Below, piece after piece: positions 1 to 7,983 of a stretch of DNA of 32,000 nt. Within the stretch, counting starts at the first letter, position 1, and each line of letters opens with the position of its first letter. The notes under the pieces were generated by a model that was not told where the DNA came from, made no database searches, and worked only from the letters and a program-made list of their open reading frames with translations. The stretch comes from Candidatus Saccharimonadota bacterium (GTDB lineage: Bacteria > Pseudomonadota > Gammaproteobacteria > Enterobacterales > Enterobacteriaceae). Location: the NCBI RefSeq assembly GCF_000090965.1, contig NC_008513.1, positions 384,381-416,380 of the forward strand. Reading direction: 5' to 3'. The position numbers and the translations under genes were made by a program.

Positions 1-101
1 AATAATGATATAAATTTACTATATAAAAATTATATAATAATAAAATATATACTAAAAATATACATAAATTTTATAAAATAAATACTTTCTTACATTAAAA
101 A

Positions 102-494
102 ATGATTATTTTATGTTTTGATTATGGAATTAAAATTATTGGTATTGCTATTGCTGAAACAAAATTAAATTATTCAACACCTATAAAATCTATTTTTAAT
201 AATAAAAAAAAAAATTTTTGGAATCAAATTAACATAATAATTAATATGTGGAAGCCAAAATATATTGTTATAGGATATCCTTATAAAATAAAAAAAAAAA
301 TCAATAAAAAAATAAAAAAATTTGCTAAAGAAATAAAAAAAAAATTTAAAATAAATTTTTTTTTATGTGATGAAAATTATTCAACTACAGAAGCTTTATT
401 ATTCTTAAAAGAAAAAAAAAAAAAAAAAAAATATTGCTTACATTCAATATCAGCTAAAATAATTCTTGACAGCTGGATAAGAAAAAACATATAA
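102..494 (+). CDS. ruvX: YqgF/RuvX-family putative pre-16S rRNA nuclease (Holliday junction resolvase-like)
   Basis: 130-aa ORF. 'CFDYGIKIIGIAIAE' aligns with E. coli YqgF 'AFDFGTKSIGVAVG', including the catalytic Asp. 'CDENYSTTEA' aligns with 'HDERLSTVEA'. Length is close to the 138-aa E. coli protein. Contains a 20-nt A run (412-431) read as Lys codons. Confidence 0.8.
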   Translation: MIILCFDYGIKIIGIAIAETKLNYSTPIKSIFNNKKKNFWNQINIIINMWKPKYIVIGYPYKIKKKINKKIKKFAKEIKKKFKINFFLCDENYSTTEALLFLKEKKKKKKYCLHSISAKIILDSWIRKNI

Positions 495-557
495 AAAATT
501 TATAAAAATTTATTATTTATTGTATATCAACTATTATTTATATTGAACTAATTAAAA

Positions 558-1709
558 ATGAATAAAAAAAAAATATATAAATTACCACCAATCAGTTTAT
601 ATATCCATATACCCTGGTGTATAAAAAAATGTCCATATTGTGATTTTCATTCATATAAAAAATCTAAAAAAATATTTGAAAAAAAATATATAAAAAACTT
701 ATTTCAAGATTTTAAAAATGATAAAAAAAAAATTTCAAAAAGAAAAATTTTATCTGTATTTATAGGAGGTGGAACACCTAGTTTATTAAAATTATCTTCT
801 ATAAAATATTTTATAAAAAAAATAAAAAAAAAAATAATAAAATCTAAAAAAACAGAAATAACCATAGAAATAAATCCAGATACAATAAATTCTAATCAAT
901 TAATAAAATATTATAATTTTGGAATTAATAGAACATCTATAGGAGTTCAAACTTTAAATAATAATTTACTAAAAAAAATTGAAAGAACTCATAATAAAAA
1001 AAAAACAATAAAACTAATAAAATCAACAAATAAAATAAAAAACAGAAATTTAAATATTGATATTATATACGGATTACCAGAACAATCTATTCAAGATTCT
1101 TTAAATGATTTAAAAATAATTATAAATTTTAAACCCGAACATATTTCATGGTATTTATTAGATATAGAACCTAATACACCATTTTATACAAAAAATATTA
1201 AATTACCATCTCTTAAAAAAACAAGAAAAATGCAAAAATTAGGAAAAGAATTATTAATAAAATCAGGATATCAACAATATGAAATATCTTCTTTTGCAAG
1301 AAAAAAAAAATATAGATGTATACATAATTTAAATTACTGGAATTTTGGAGATTACATTGGTATTGGGTGTGGTGCACATGGAAAAATAACTAAAAAAAAC
1401 AAAGATATTGTAAGAACAATCAAAACTAAACAAGATAGTCAATATATAAAAAAAAAATATATACAAAAAAAATATATAGTTTCTAAAAAAGATATTCCAT
1501 TTGAATTTTTTTTAAATAAATTTAGATTATTGAAACCTATATTACATCAAGATTTTGAAAATACAACAAATATAAAAAAAAGAAAAATAAAAAAAAAAAT
1601 TTCTATAGCTGAAAAACATGGATTTTTACAAACAAAAAAAAAATCATGGATTATTACTAAACATGGAAAAAAAAAACTAAATTCTTTATTATCAATTTTT
1701 TTAAAATAA
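558..1709 (+). CDS. hemW: Radical SAM heme chaperone HemW (YggW, HemN-like coproporphyrinogen oxidase family)
   Basis: 383-aa ORF with the radical-SAM motif 'CIKKCPYCDF' (CxxxCxxC) near the N-terminus, preceded by 'LYIHIPW'. 'GGGTPS' follows. Size matches YggW (about 378 aa), and the position after yqgF matches E. coli synteny. Confidence 0.85.
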   Translation: MNKKKIYKLPPISLYIHIPWCIKKCPYCDFHSYKKSKKIFEKKYIKNLFQDFKNDKKKISKRKILSVFIGGGTPSLLKLSSIKYFIKKIKKKIIKSKKTEITIEINPDTINSNQLIKYYNFGINRTSIGVQTLNNNLLKKIERTHNKKKTIKLIKSTNKIKNRNLNIDIIYGLPEQSIQDSLNDLKIIINFKPEHISWYLLDIEPNTPFYTKNIKLPSLKKTRKMQKLGKELLIKSGYQQYEISSFARKKKYRCIHNLNYWNFGDYIGIGCGAHGKITKKNKDIVRTIKTKQDSQYIKKKYIQKKYIVSKKDIPFEFFLNKFRLLKPILHQDFENTTNIKKRKIKKKISIAEKHGFLQTKKKSWIITKHGKKKLNSLLSIFLK

Positions 1710-1906
1710 ATCAAAATTTAAAAAATTTCTATTTTTATATAAAATTAATATTTTATTTAAAAAACAATCATGTTATTTCTTCAAAAAATGTTTTATAAAT
1801 AATTAAATATTAATTTAATTATTAAATATTTAAATAAATATGAATTTTTTTATTTGTATAATTTAATATCTATAAAAATTTATCAATAATAAATATTAGG
1901 TATACT

Positions 1907-2938
1907 ATGTTCTTTTCACAAAAAATACTTAACTGGTACCATTTTAATGGAAGAAAAAACTTACCTTGGCAAAAAAAAAATATCTATTATATTTGGATAT
2001 CTGAAATTATGTTACAGCAAACACGTGTTCAAACTGTAATTCCATATTTTCAAAAATTTAAAAAAAAATTTCCTACAATAAAAAAATTAGCTGATTCTAA
2101 CATTAATAAAGTATTATATTTATGGAGCGGATTAGGATATTATCAAAGAGCACATAATCTGCATAAAACAGCAAAAATAATAAAAAAAAAATATTATGGA
2201 ATATTTCCTACAAATATAAATGAGATAATAAAATTACCTGGAATCGGAAGATCAACTGCTGGTGCAATTTTATCATTTACCTATAATTATAGATATGCTA
2301 TTTTAGATAGCAATATAAAAAGAGTATTAATTAGATTTCATTTAATAAATATTAATAATTTTAAAAAAAATCAATTAGAAAATAAATTATGGAATATTAT
2401 TGATCAATACATTCCATTACATAATGCTAGAAAATTTAATCAAGCTATGATGGATTTAGGTTCCTTAATTTGCAAAAATAAAAATCCAAATTGTTTTTCT
2501 TGTCCATTAAAAAATAATTGCAATTTTTTTAAAAAAAAAATTATTTTTTTTAAAAAAAAAGAAAAAAAAAAAAAAATTGGTATATTTTTTTCAATTATAA
2601 AATATAAAAATTCAGTAATTTTAATAAAACAAAAAAATATTTCTATATGGAAAGGATTATTCTATTTTCCGTTAATAACTTTTAAAATATCAAAAAAAAA
2701 ATGGGAAAAAATAAAAAAAAAAAATACTTCTAAAACAAAAAAATTATTTTTTACACATTGTTTAAGTCATATAAAATTATTTATTATTTGGCAAATTATT
2801 AGAGTTAAAAAAAAAAAAAACTATAAAGAAAAAATATGGATGAATATAAATTCAAAAAAAAAAATAGGAATACCTACTCCAATAAAAAAAATATTATTAC
2901 AATTAAAAAAAAAAAAAAAAAATGAAAAAAAAACGTAA
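1907..2938 (+). CDS. mutY: Adenine DNA glycosylase MutY
   Basis: 343-aa ORF. 'LPWQ', 'WISEIMLQQTRV' (catalytic Glu), the helix-hairpin-helix 'LPGIGRSTAGAI', 'LDSNIKRVL' (catalytic Asp) and the 4Fe-4S cluster loop 'CKNKNPNCFSCPLKNNC' are all present. The C-terminal domain is very Lys-rich. The 3' end overlaps yggX by 17 nt. Confidence 0.85.
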   Translation: MFFSQKILNWYHFNGRKNLPWQKKNIYYIWISEIMLQQTRVQTVIPYFQKFKKKFPTIKKLADSNINKVLYLWSGLGYYQRAHNLHKTAKIIKKKYYGIFPTNINEIIKLPGIGRSTAGAILSFTYNYRYAILDSNIKRVLIRFHLININNFKKNQLENKLWNIIDQYIPLHNARKFNQAMMDLGSLICKNKNPNCFSCPLKNNCNFFKKKIIFFKKKEKKKKIGIFFSIIKYKNSVILIKQKNISIWKGLFYFPLITFKISKKKWEKIKKKNTSKTKKLFFTHCLSHIKLFIIWQIIRVKKKKNYKEKIWMNINSKKKIGIPTPIKKILLQLKKKKKNEKKT

Positions 2939-3170
2939 AATTTTTTGTTCTTTTTTAAAAAAAGAAACGGAAGGATTAGAATATCAATTTTTTCCTGGAA
3001 AAATTGGACAACAAATTTATGAACAAATATCTAAAAAAGCATGGAATATATGGCTAGAAAAACAAACAAAAATAATAAATGAAAAAAAATTAAATATGTT
3101 TATTGAAAAAGATAGAATATTTTTAGAAAAAAAAATGAAAAATTTTTTTTTCAAAAAAAAAAAAAATTAA
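2922..3170 (+). CDS. yggX: Fe(2+)-trafficking protein YggX
   Basis: 82-aa ORF. 'IFCSFLKKETEGLEYQFFPGKIGQQIYEQISKKAWNIWLEKQTKIINEKKLNM' aligns almost residue for residue with E. coli YggX. It lies downstream of mutY as in E. coli. Its stop codon shares nucleotides with the convergent sbcB stop (TTAA at 3167-3170). Confidence 0.85.
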   Translation: MKKKRKIFCSFLKKETEGLEYQFFPGKIGQQIYEQISKKAWNIWLEKQTKIINEKKLNMFIEKDRIFLEKKMKNFFFKKKKN

Positions 3171-4594
3171 ATTAAATTATTTATATAATTAATATTTCTT
3201 TTTATATATTTAAATAAATCTTCCAGTAGAATAAAATTCTTATCATTTTTATTAAATTTTAATTGAAATTTTTTAATCTTTTCAAAATATTCTTCTAATT
3301 TAATAAAATTAATTTTATTTTTACAATAAAATTGCCATTTTTTTATTTCATTAAAATTTAATAATTTAATAAAATTTCTTGCTTTTAAACGAAAAAATAA
3401 TTTTTTAATTCTGTTATCTAAAAAATTAGCACTCCAGCCCATCCATTTTTTAGGTTCATTTTTATGAATAAAAGATAATAAACAACGATCAGAATTTAAA
3501 AAAAAATTATTATATAACATTAAATCAATATCATTTATTTTTTCTTTTTTCTTATATGAAAAACACGATATAATCCAATTTTTTATTAAAAAATTATTTT
3601 TTAATAAAAAAAAATTTTTTTGACATTTTAAATAATCAATATTTAATCTAATACAATGTTTCAAGGAAACTGAATTATAAGAAAAAAAAAGAGGTGATTT
3701 GCTTATTGAAACAACTTTAATACCAACATTAAATAATTTTTTTATTGAAATTAAACATGTAGAATATTTTTTATATAAATTAAATATTTTTTTAAAATCA
3801 CTAGATAAATCAAAAATAACTATATTATTCTTATATAAAGGATGTAAACCAATATACATTATACAACCAAAATTATAATTAATAGATCCGAAAAAACTAG
3901 AAATATAAAAAAATGGTTTATTTATATTATTCAATAAAAAAGAAGATATATATTTTTTTTTAGAAATCATATATAAATATAAAAAAAAATTTTTATATTT
4001 AGAAAATAAATATTTTGTAATTAAAAAAGTTGCATATACATCAGAATATGCATCATGAATATGAATATGTTTGATATTATTAACTAACGTAATATCAGAT
4101 AATTTAAAACTAACTGTTCCATTACTATTATAATACCAACACATAGATTTTGGTAAAAAAATATAAAACGCACGTAAAATATTTAATATATCCCAACTAA
4201 AATTATTATTTTTCCAACTCCATTCATAAGGATCAAATAAATTTCTATAAAAAATATTACGAGTAATTAAATTATCAAAATTAATATTATTATATCCAAT
4301 AATACATATATTTTTTTGTGAAAAAATATCATGTATTTTTTTAGAAAGAAAATACTCATTTAAACCATATTTATAAGTATACTGAGGTAAAATTTTTGTA
4401 ATTAAAATAGCTTCTGGATCAGGTAAATAATCAATAGGGGGGTAGCAAAATAAAATGGTTTTTTTTATAATATAAGAAAATTTATTATCTGTTTCAATAC
4501 TACAAAATTGAGAAACTTTATCTAAAGCAACGTTTTTTCCGAAAGTTTCATAATCATAAAATATAATTTTTTTTTTTGAAAAATATTCACAAAT
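3167..4594 (-). CDS. sbcB: Exodeoxyribonuclease I (SbcB); the reading frame is intact but has no canonical start codon (see finding)
   Basis: The ORF track starts at an internal Met (4144), but the same frame stays open up to 4597. My translation of 4145-4597 gives 'IIFYDYETFGKNVALD...GYNNINFDNLITRNIFYRNLFDPYEWSW', which aligns with the E. coli SbcB N-terminus. The Exo motifs DxE, 'GYNN..FD' and 'HDAYSDVYAT' are conserved. Total length would be about 474 aa against 475 aa in E. coli. There is no in-frame ATG, GTG or TTG upstream of 4144. Candidate starts are an in-frame ATT at 4594 or an out-of-frame GTG at 4590. Confidence 0.75.
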   Translation of the reverse strand: MCEYFSKKKIIFYDYETFGKNVALDKVSQFCSIETDNKFSYIIKKTILFCYPPIDYLPDPEAILITKILPQYTYKYGLNEYFLSKKIHDIFSQKNICIIGYNNINFDNLITRNIFYRNLFDPYEWSWKNNNFSWDILNILRAFYIFLPKSMCWYYNSNGTVSFKLSDITLVNNIKHIHIHDAYSDVYATFLITKYLFSKYKNFFLYLYMISKKKYISSFLLNNINKPFFYISSFFGSINYNFGCIMYIGLHPLYKNNIVIFDLSSDFKKIFNLYKKYSTCLISIKKLFNVGIKVVSISKSPLFFSYNSVSLKHCIRLNIDYLKCQKNFFLLKNNFLIKNWIISCFSYKKKEKINDIDLMLYNNFFLNSDRCLLSFIHKNEPKKWMGWSANFLDNRIKKLFFRLKARNFIKLLNFNEIKKWQFYCKNKINFIKLEEYFEKIKKFQLKFNKNDKNFILLEDLFKYIKRNINYINNLI

Positions 4595-4664
4595 TTTTTA
4601 TTATCCTTAATATCAAGAAATATTAACTAAGTAACTTATAATAAAATTACATATAATATTTTTT

Positions 4665-4737
4665 CTCCCCCGACTGGACTCGAACCAGTGACATACGGAT
4701 TAACAGTCCGCCGTTCTACCAACTGAACTACAGAGGA
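4665..4737 (-). tRNA. tRNA-Asn (anticodon GTT)
   Basis: The reverse complement reads TCCTCTGTAGTTCAGTTGGTAGAACGGCGGACTGTTAATCCGTATGTCACTGGTTCGAGTCCAGTCGGGGGAG. This is near-identical to E. coli tRNA-Asn, with anticodon loop CTGTTAA. The acceptor stem closes with two G-U pairs. CCA is not encoded. Confidence 0.9.
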
Positions 4738-4910
4738 ATAAATAATTATATATCACGTAAAAATTTTTATGTCAACAAAAATATTATTTTTTAGTAGAAA
4801 AAAAAAAAAAAGATTAATTTATATAATTTTTATAAAAAAAACATAGATAAGTATGTAAATTTGTTTTATAATATATTTTAAATTAAAAAATATTTTTTAT
4901 AAAAAATAAA

Positions 4911-4983
4911 GGCCTTTTAGCTCAGTGGTTAGAGCAAACGACTCATAATCGTTAGGTCGCTGGTTCAAATCCAGCAAGGGCCA
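4911..4983 (+). tRNA. tRNA with CAT anticodon, best matching tRNA-Ile2 (ileX type, lysidine-modified) rather than elongator Met
   Basis: GGCCTTTTAGCTCAGTGGTTAGAGCAAACGACTCATAATCGTTAGGTCGCTGGTTCAAATCCAGCAAGGGCCA folds as a cloverleaf. The D-arm, the 'GGTCGCTGGTTCAA.TCCAGCA.GGGCC' 3' half and the anticodon-stem pattern resemble E. coli ileX as I recall it, more than metT. CCA is not encoded. Confidence 0.75.
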
Positions 4984-5069
4984 TATTATTATGTTTTTCA
5001 TATATAAATATTTATTATTAATAATATATATATCCTTATTTCATAAATATTTTATATTAAATTTTATTT

Positions 5070-5474
5070 TTATAAATATATAAATTTAATTTTTTTATTT
5101 GAAAAAATAAATACTTTTGCAATTTTATCTCCAGGTTTAATACAAATTTTTTTTTTACTACAATTCCAAAAAGAAATCTTTAATTCTCCAGGATTAAAAA
5201 AATTTATAAAATTATAAAAATTTCCTAAAACTATTTTTTTATTATTTTTACATTTAAAAAAAGATTTAATATTAATATTAATATTATTTTTAAATATATA
5301 TAATAATATTCCAGTTGGAATTAAAAAAGTTTGATTAATATCAATATATATTTTTTTTTTTATACATGCTCGTAAAAAAAAACCTGATATATCACCAGAT
5401 ATAATTTCAGGAAATGGAAAAACAGTACCAATTCTGGTATCAAAAATTTTAACATTAATATTTAATTTTTTCAT
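5070..5474 (-). CDS. dut: dUTPase (Dut) homolog, intact ORF but with the catalytic motifs eroded
   Basis: 134-aa ORF. The N-terminus 'MKK..VKIFDTRIG..FP.P', then 'LRAC', 'LIPTG', 'IVLGN' and 'IKPGDKIAK' are colinear with E. coli Dut. The conserved motifs are replaced: AGLDL becomes SGFFL, PRSG becomes KSFF, and GLIDSDYQG becomes NFINFFNPG. The C-terminal motif V is absent. Confidence 0.7.
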   Translation of the reverse strand: MKKLNINVKIFDTRIGTVFPFPEIISGDISGFFLRACIKKKIYIDINQTFLIPTGILLYIFKNNININIKSFFKCKNNKKIVLGNFYNFINFFNPGELKISFWNCSKKKICIKPGDKIAKVFIFSNKKIKFIYL

Positions 5475-5507
5475 ACTTATTTAAAAAAAAATTTTAAATT
5501 AAAAAAT

Positions 5508-5957
5508 CTATTTTGATAGAATAACTACTTTAAATTCTGTAGAAATATTTTTATATGGTGTAAATAAAACTGTATGAGACCCCAAATAATGTAATAAACC
5601 ATTAGGTAATTTAATTTCATTTTTTTTAATCAATAATCCAAGAGAAATTAATTGTTTTGAAATATCTTTTACACCAATAGAACCAAAAATTTTTCTTTTT
5701 TTACTAGATTTCATAAAAAAAATAATAGCTCCAATAAGTTTAATAGCTTTAATTCTACTATTAGCATAATCAATTTTTTTAGCTTCTTGTTGTTCTTCAA
5801 AAAGTCGTTTTTTTTCAAAAATTTTAATATTTTCTGAAGTAGCTAATAATGCTTTTTCAAGAGGTATCAAATAATTTCTTGCATATCCATTTTTTACAGT
5901 AATTAATTGACCCTTTTTACCTAATTTTTCTAATGCATGTAATAGAATTACTTTCAT
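5508..5957 (-). CDS. rplI: 50S ribosomal protein L9
   Basis: 149-aa ORF. 'MKVILLHALEKLGKKGQLITVKNGYARNYLIP' matches the L9 N-terminal domain. Its position downstream of rpsR matches the rpsF operon. Confidence 0.9.
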   Translation of the reverse strand: MKVILLHALEKLGKKGQLITVKNGYARNYLIPLEKALLATSENIKIFEKKRLFEEQQEAKKIDYANSRIKAIKLIGAIIFFMKSSKKRKIFGSIGVKDISKQLISLGLLIKKNEIKLPNGLLHYLGSHTVLFTPYKNISTEFKVVILSK

Positions 5958-6014
5958 AATATATAAACCTTAAAAATCAAATATTTTAATAAAAAAGTCA
6001 TTAAAATTAATTAT

Positions 6015-6242
6015 TTACTTATGTTGATCAGTATAAGGTATAAATCCAAGAAAACGAGCTATTTTAATAGCACGAGATAATTGTCTTTGATATTTTGCTT
6101 TAGTTCCAGTAATCCTACTAGGAACTATTTTTCCATTTTCAGTAATATAATTTTTTAATATCATAATATCTTTATAATCTATTTTTTTAATACCTTCAGC
6201 AGTAAATCTACAAAATTTTCTACGACGAAAGTAACGAACCAT
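6015..6242 (-). CDS. rpsR: 30S ribosomal protein S18
   Basis: 75-aa ORF. '[54 protein letters not shown]' is near-identical to E. coli S18. Confidence 0.95.
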   Translation of the reverse strand: MVRYFRRRKFCRFTAEGIKKIDYKDIMILKNYITENGKIVPSRITGTKAKYQRQLSRAIKIARFLGFIPYTDQHK

Positions 6243-6300
6243 AATATTAATTTCCTGATTAAAATAATAATATTAATTTTTAATATAAAAAAAAATTAAA

Positions 6301-6684
6301 TTATTTTTTTTTTATATTTTTATTTATTTTTATTACAGAAGAATTTAATTCTTTTTTATTTTCTTCTTTATTTTTAAGAATAGGAGAAATCTTTTTGTGT
6401 GCCTTAGTACGAGTAAGAATAAAATATCGAATAATATTTATATTAAATTTAAAACTATTTTCTAATTCTTTAATACATTCACTAGATACTTCTATGTTCA
6501 TCAAAAAATAATGTGCTTTTTTTAAATTTTTAATAGTATAAGATAATGATCGTTTTCCCCAATCTTCAAAACGATGTATAATTCCTTTATACATATGTAT
6601 TAATTTATTGTATTCTTCAATAATGATAAAAATTTTCTTGTTTTTTTCCGGATTAATCATCAAAATTATTTCATAATGACGCAC
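6301..6684 (-). CDS. rpsF: 30S ribosomal protein S6
   Basis: 127-aa ORF. 'MRHYEIILMINP', 'IHRFEDWGKRSLSYTIKNLKKAHYFLMNIE' matches E. coli S6. It is the first gene of the rpsF-rpsR-rplI block. Confidence 0.9.
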   Translation of the reverse strand: MRHYEIILMINPEKNKKIFIIIEEYNKLIHMYKGIIHRFEDWGKRSLSYTIKNLKKAHYFLMNIEVSSECIKELENSFKFNINIIRYFILTRTKAHKKISPILKNKEENKKELNSSVIKINKNIKKK

Positions 6685-6885
6685 AAATAAAACTCCTTTA
6701 AAATAAATATACCTAAAAACATCTATTTTAAATAAACATAAAAACCATTTTTATTTAAATGTTTATTAAAAATTTTAATTCTTAAATTATATCATTAATA
6801 TATTACTTTTTATAAAAAAAAATATATTTTTTAAAAAATAATTTATAAATTTAAAATTTTTAAAAGAATACCCAACTATTTCATT

Positions 6886-7824
6886 TTATAAATTTCTATT
6901 TAATATTTTATATATTTTAGTAATTAATAAATCTTTTTTATTGTCTTTAATAAAAATAATATTTGGCCATTTTTTCAACCATGTTAATTGATGTTTTACT
7001 AATTTATGAGTAGATTTAATTGTTTCTTTAATCATTTGAAAATATGTATATTTATTTTTTAAATATAATAACATTTGTTTATAACCAATACTATTCATTG
7101 ATGGTAATTTCGGATCTAAAAATTTCTGATTATATAAATTTTGTACTTCTTTTTTAAATCCACTTTTTAACATAAAAAAAAATCTTTTTTCTATTTTTTT
7201 ATATAAATGCTCTTTATTATCTGGAATTAAACCAAACTGAAAAACTTTATATGGTAATTTATTATGAAAAAATTTAATTAATTCACTTAATGGAAAACCA
7301 CCAGATACAAAAAAAACTTCAACTGCTCTTAAAACACGTTGAACATCATTAATATGAATTTTTTTACTAGAAATCGGATCTATTTTTTTTAATAAATTAA
7401 ATAAATTTTTTTTTTTTTTTAAACAAATATTTTTAAATATATATTTTCTAATTATAGAATTAGAAGGAGGTAAATTAGCAAATCCGTTTAATAAAATTTT
7501 AAAATATAACATGGTACCACCCACCAATAGGGGAATTTTTCCAGATTTTAATATATTTTTTATTTCTTTTAAAACATCATTATAAAAATTTATTACAGTA
7601 TAAATATTTTTAGGTTTTACAATATTAACTAATTTATAAGAAAAATTTTTTAAATCAGATTTATTTGGTTTATCAGTACCAATATTTAATCCTTTATATA
7701 CTAATTTAGAATCTACACTAATTAATTCTATTAAAGGAAATTTTTTTTTAATTTCTAAAGCTAATGAACTTTTACCTATTGCTGTAGGACCCATTAAGAA
7801 AAACAAAAATTTTTTTTTATTCAT
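6886..7824 (-). CDS. miaA: tRNA dimethylallyltransferase MiaA
   Basis: 312-aa ORF with the P-loop 'LMGPTAIGKSSLA'. 'VGGTMLYFK', 'LPPS' and 'QLTWLK' are characteristic of MiaA. Length is 312 aa against 316 aa in E. coli. Confidence 0.9.
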   Translation of the reverse strand: MNKKKFLFFLMGPTAIGKSSLALEIKKKFPLIELISVDSKLVYKGLNIGTDKPNKSDLKNFSYKLVNIVKPKNIYTVINFYNDVLKEIKNILKSGKIPLLVGGTMLYFKILLNGFANLPPSNSIIRKYIFKNICLKKKKNLFNLLKKIDPISSKKIHINDVQRVLRAVEVFFVSGGFPLSELIKFFHNKLPYKVFQFGLIPDNKEHLYKKIEKRFFFMLKSGFKKEVQNLYNQKFLDPKLPSMNSIGYKQMLLYLKNKYTYFQMIKETIKSTHKLVKHQLTWLKKWPNIIFIKDNKKDLLITKIYKILNRNL

Positions 7825-7983
7825 ATCTTTATATATTCTTTTAATACTGAATATTTATTAAGTATTTTAAAAATTAATTAATAATTTAATTAAAATTTAA
7901 TTATTAATTAATATTTTATTAATTTAAAAAATATTATTAATTAATAATTATTATATATTATATATTATAAAATAATTATAGAA

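Noticed and set aside
1798-1823. 10-bp all-A/T palindrome AATAATTAAA-TATTAA-TTTAATTATT downstream of hemW
   Set aside because: A/T-only inverted repeats of this length are expected by chance in DNA this AT-rich. The stem would be thermodynamically weak.
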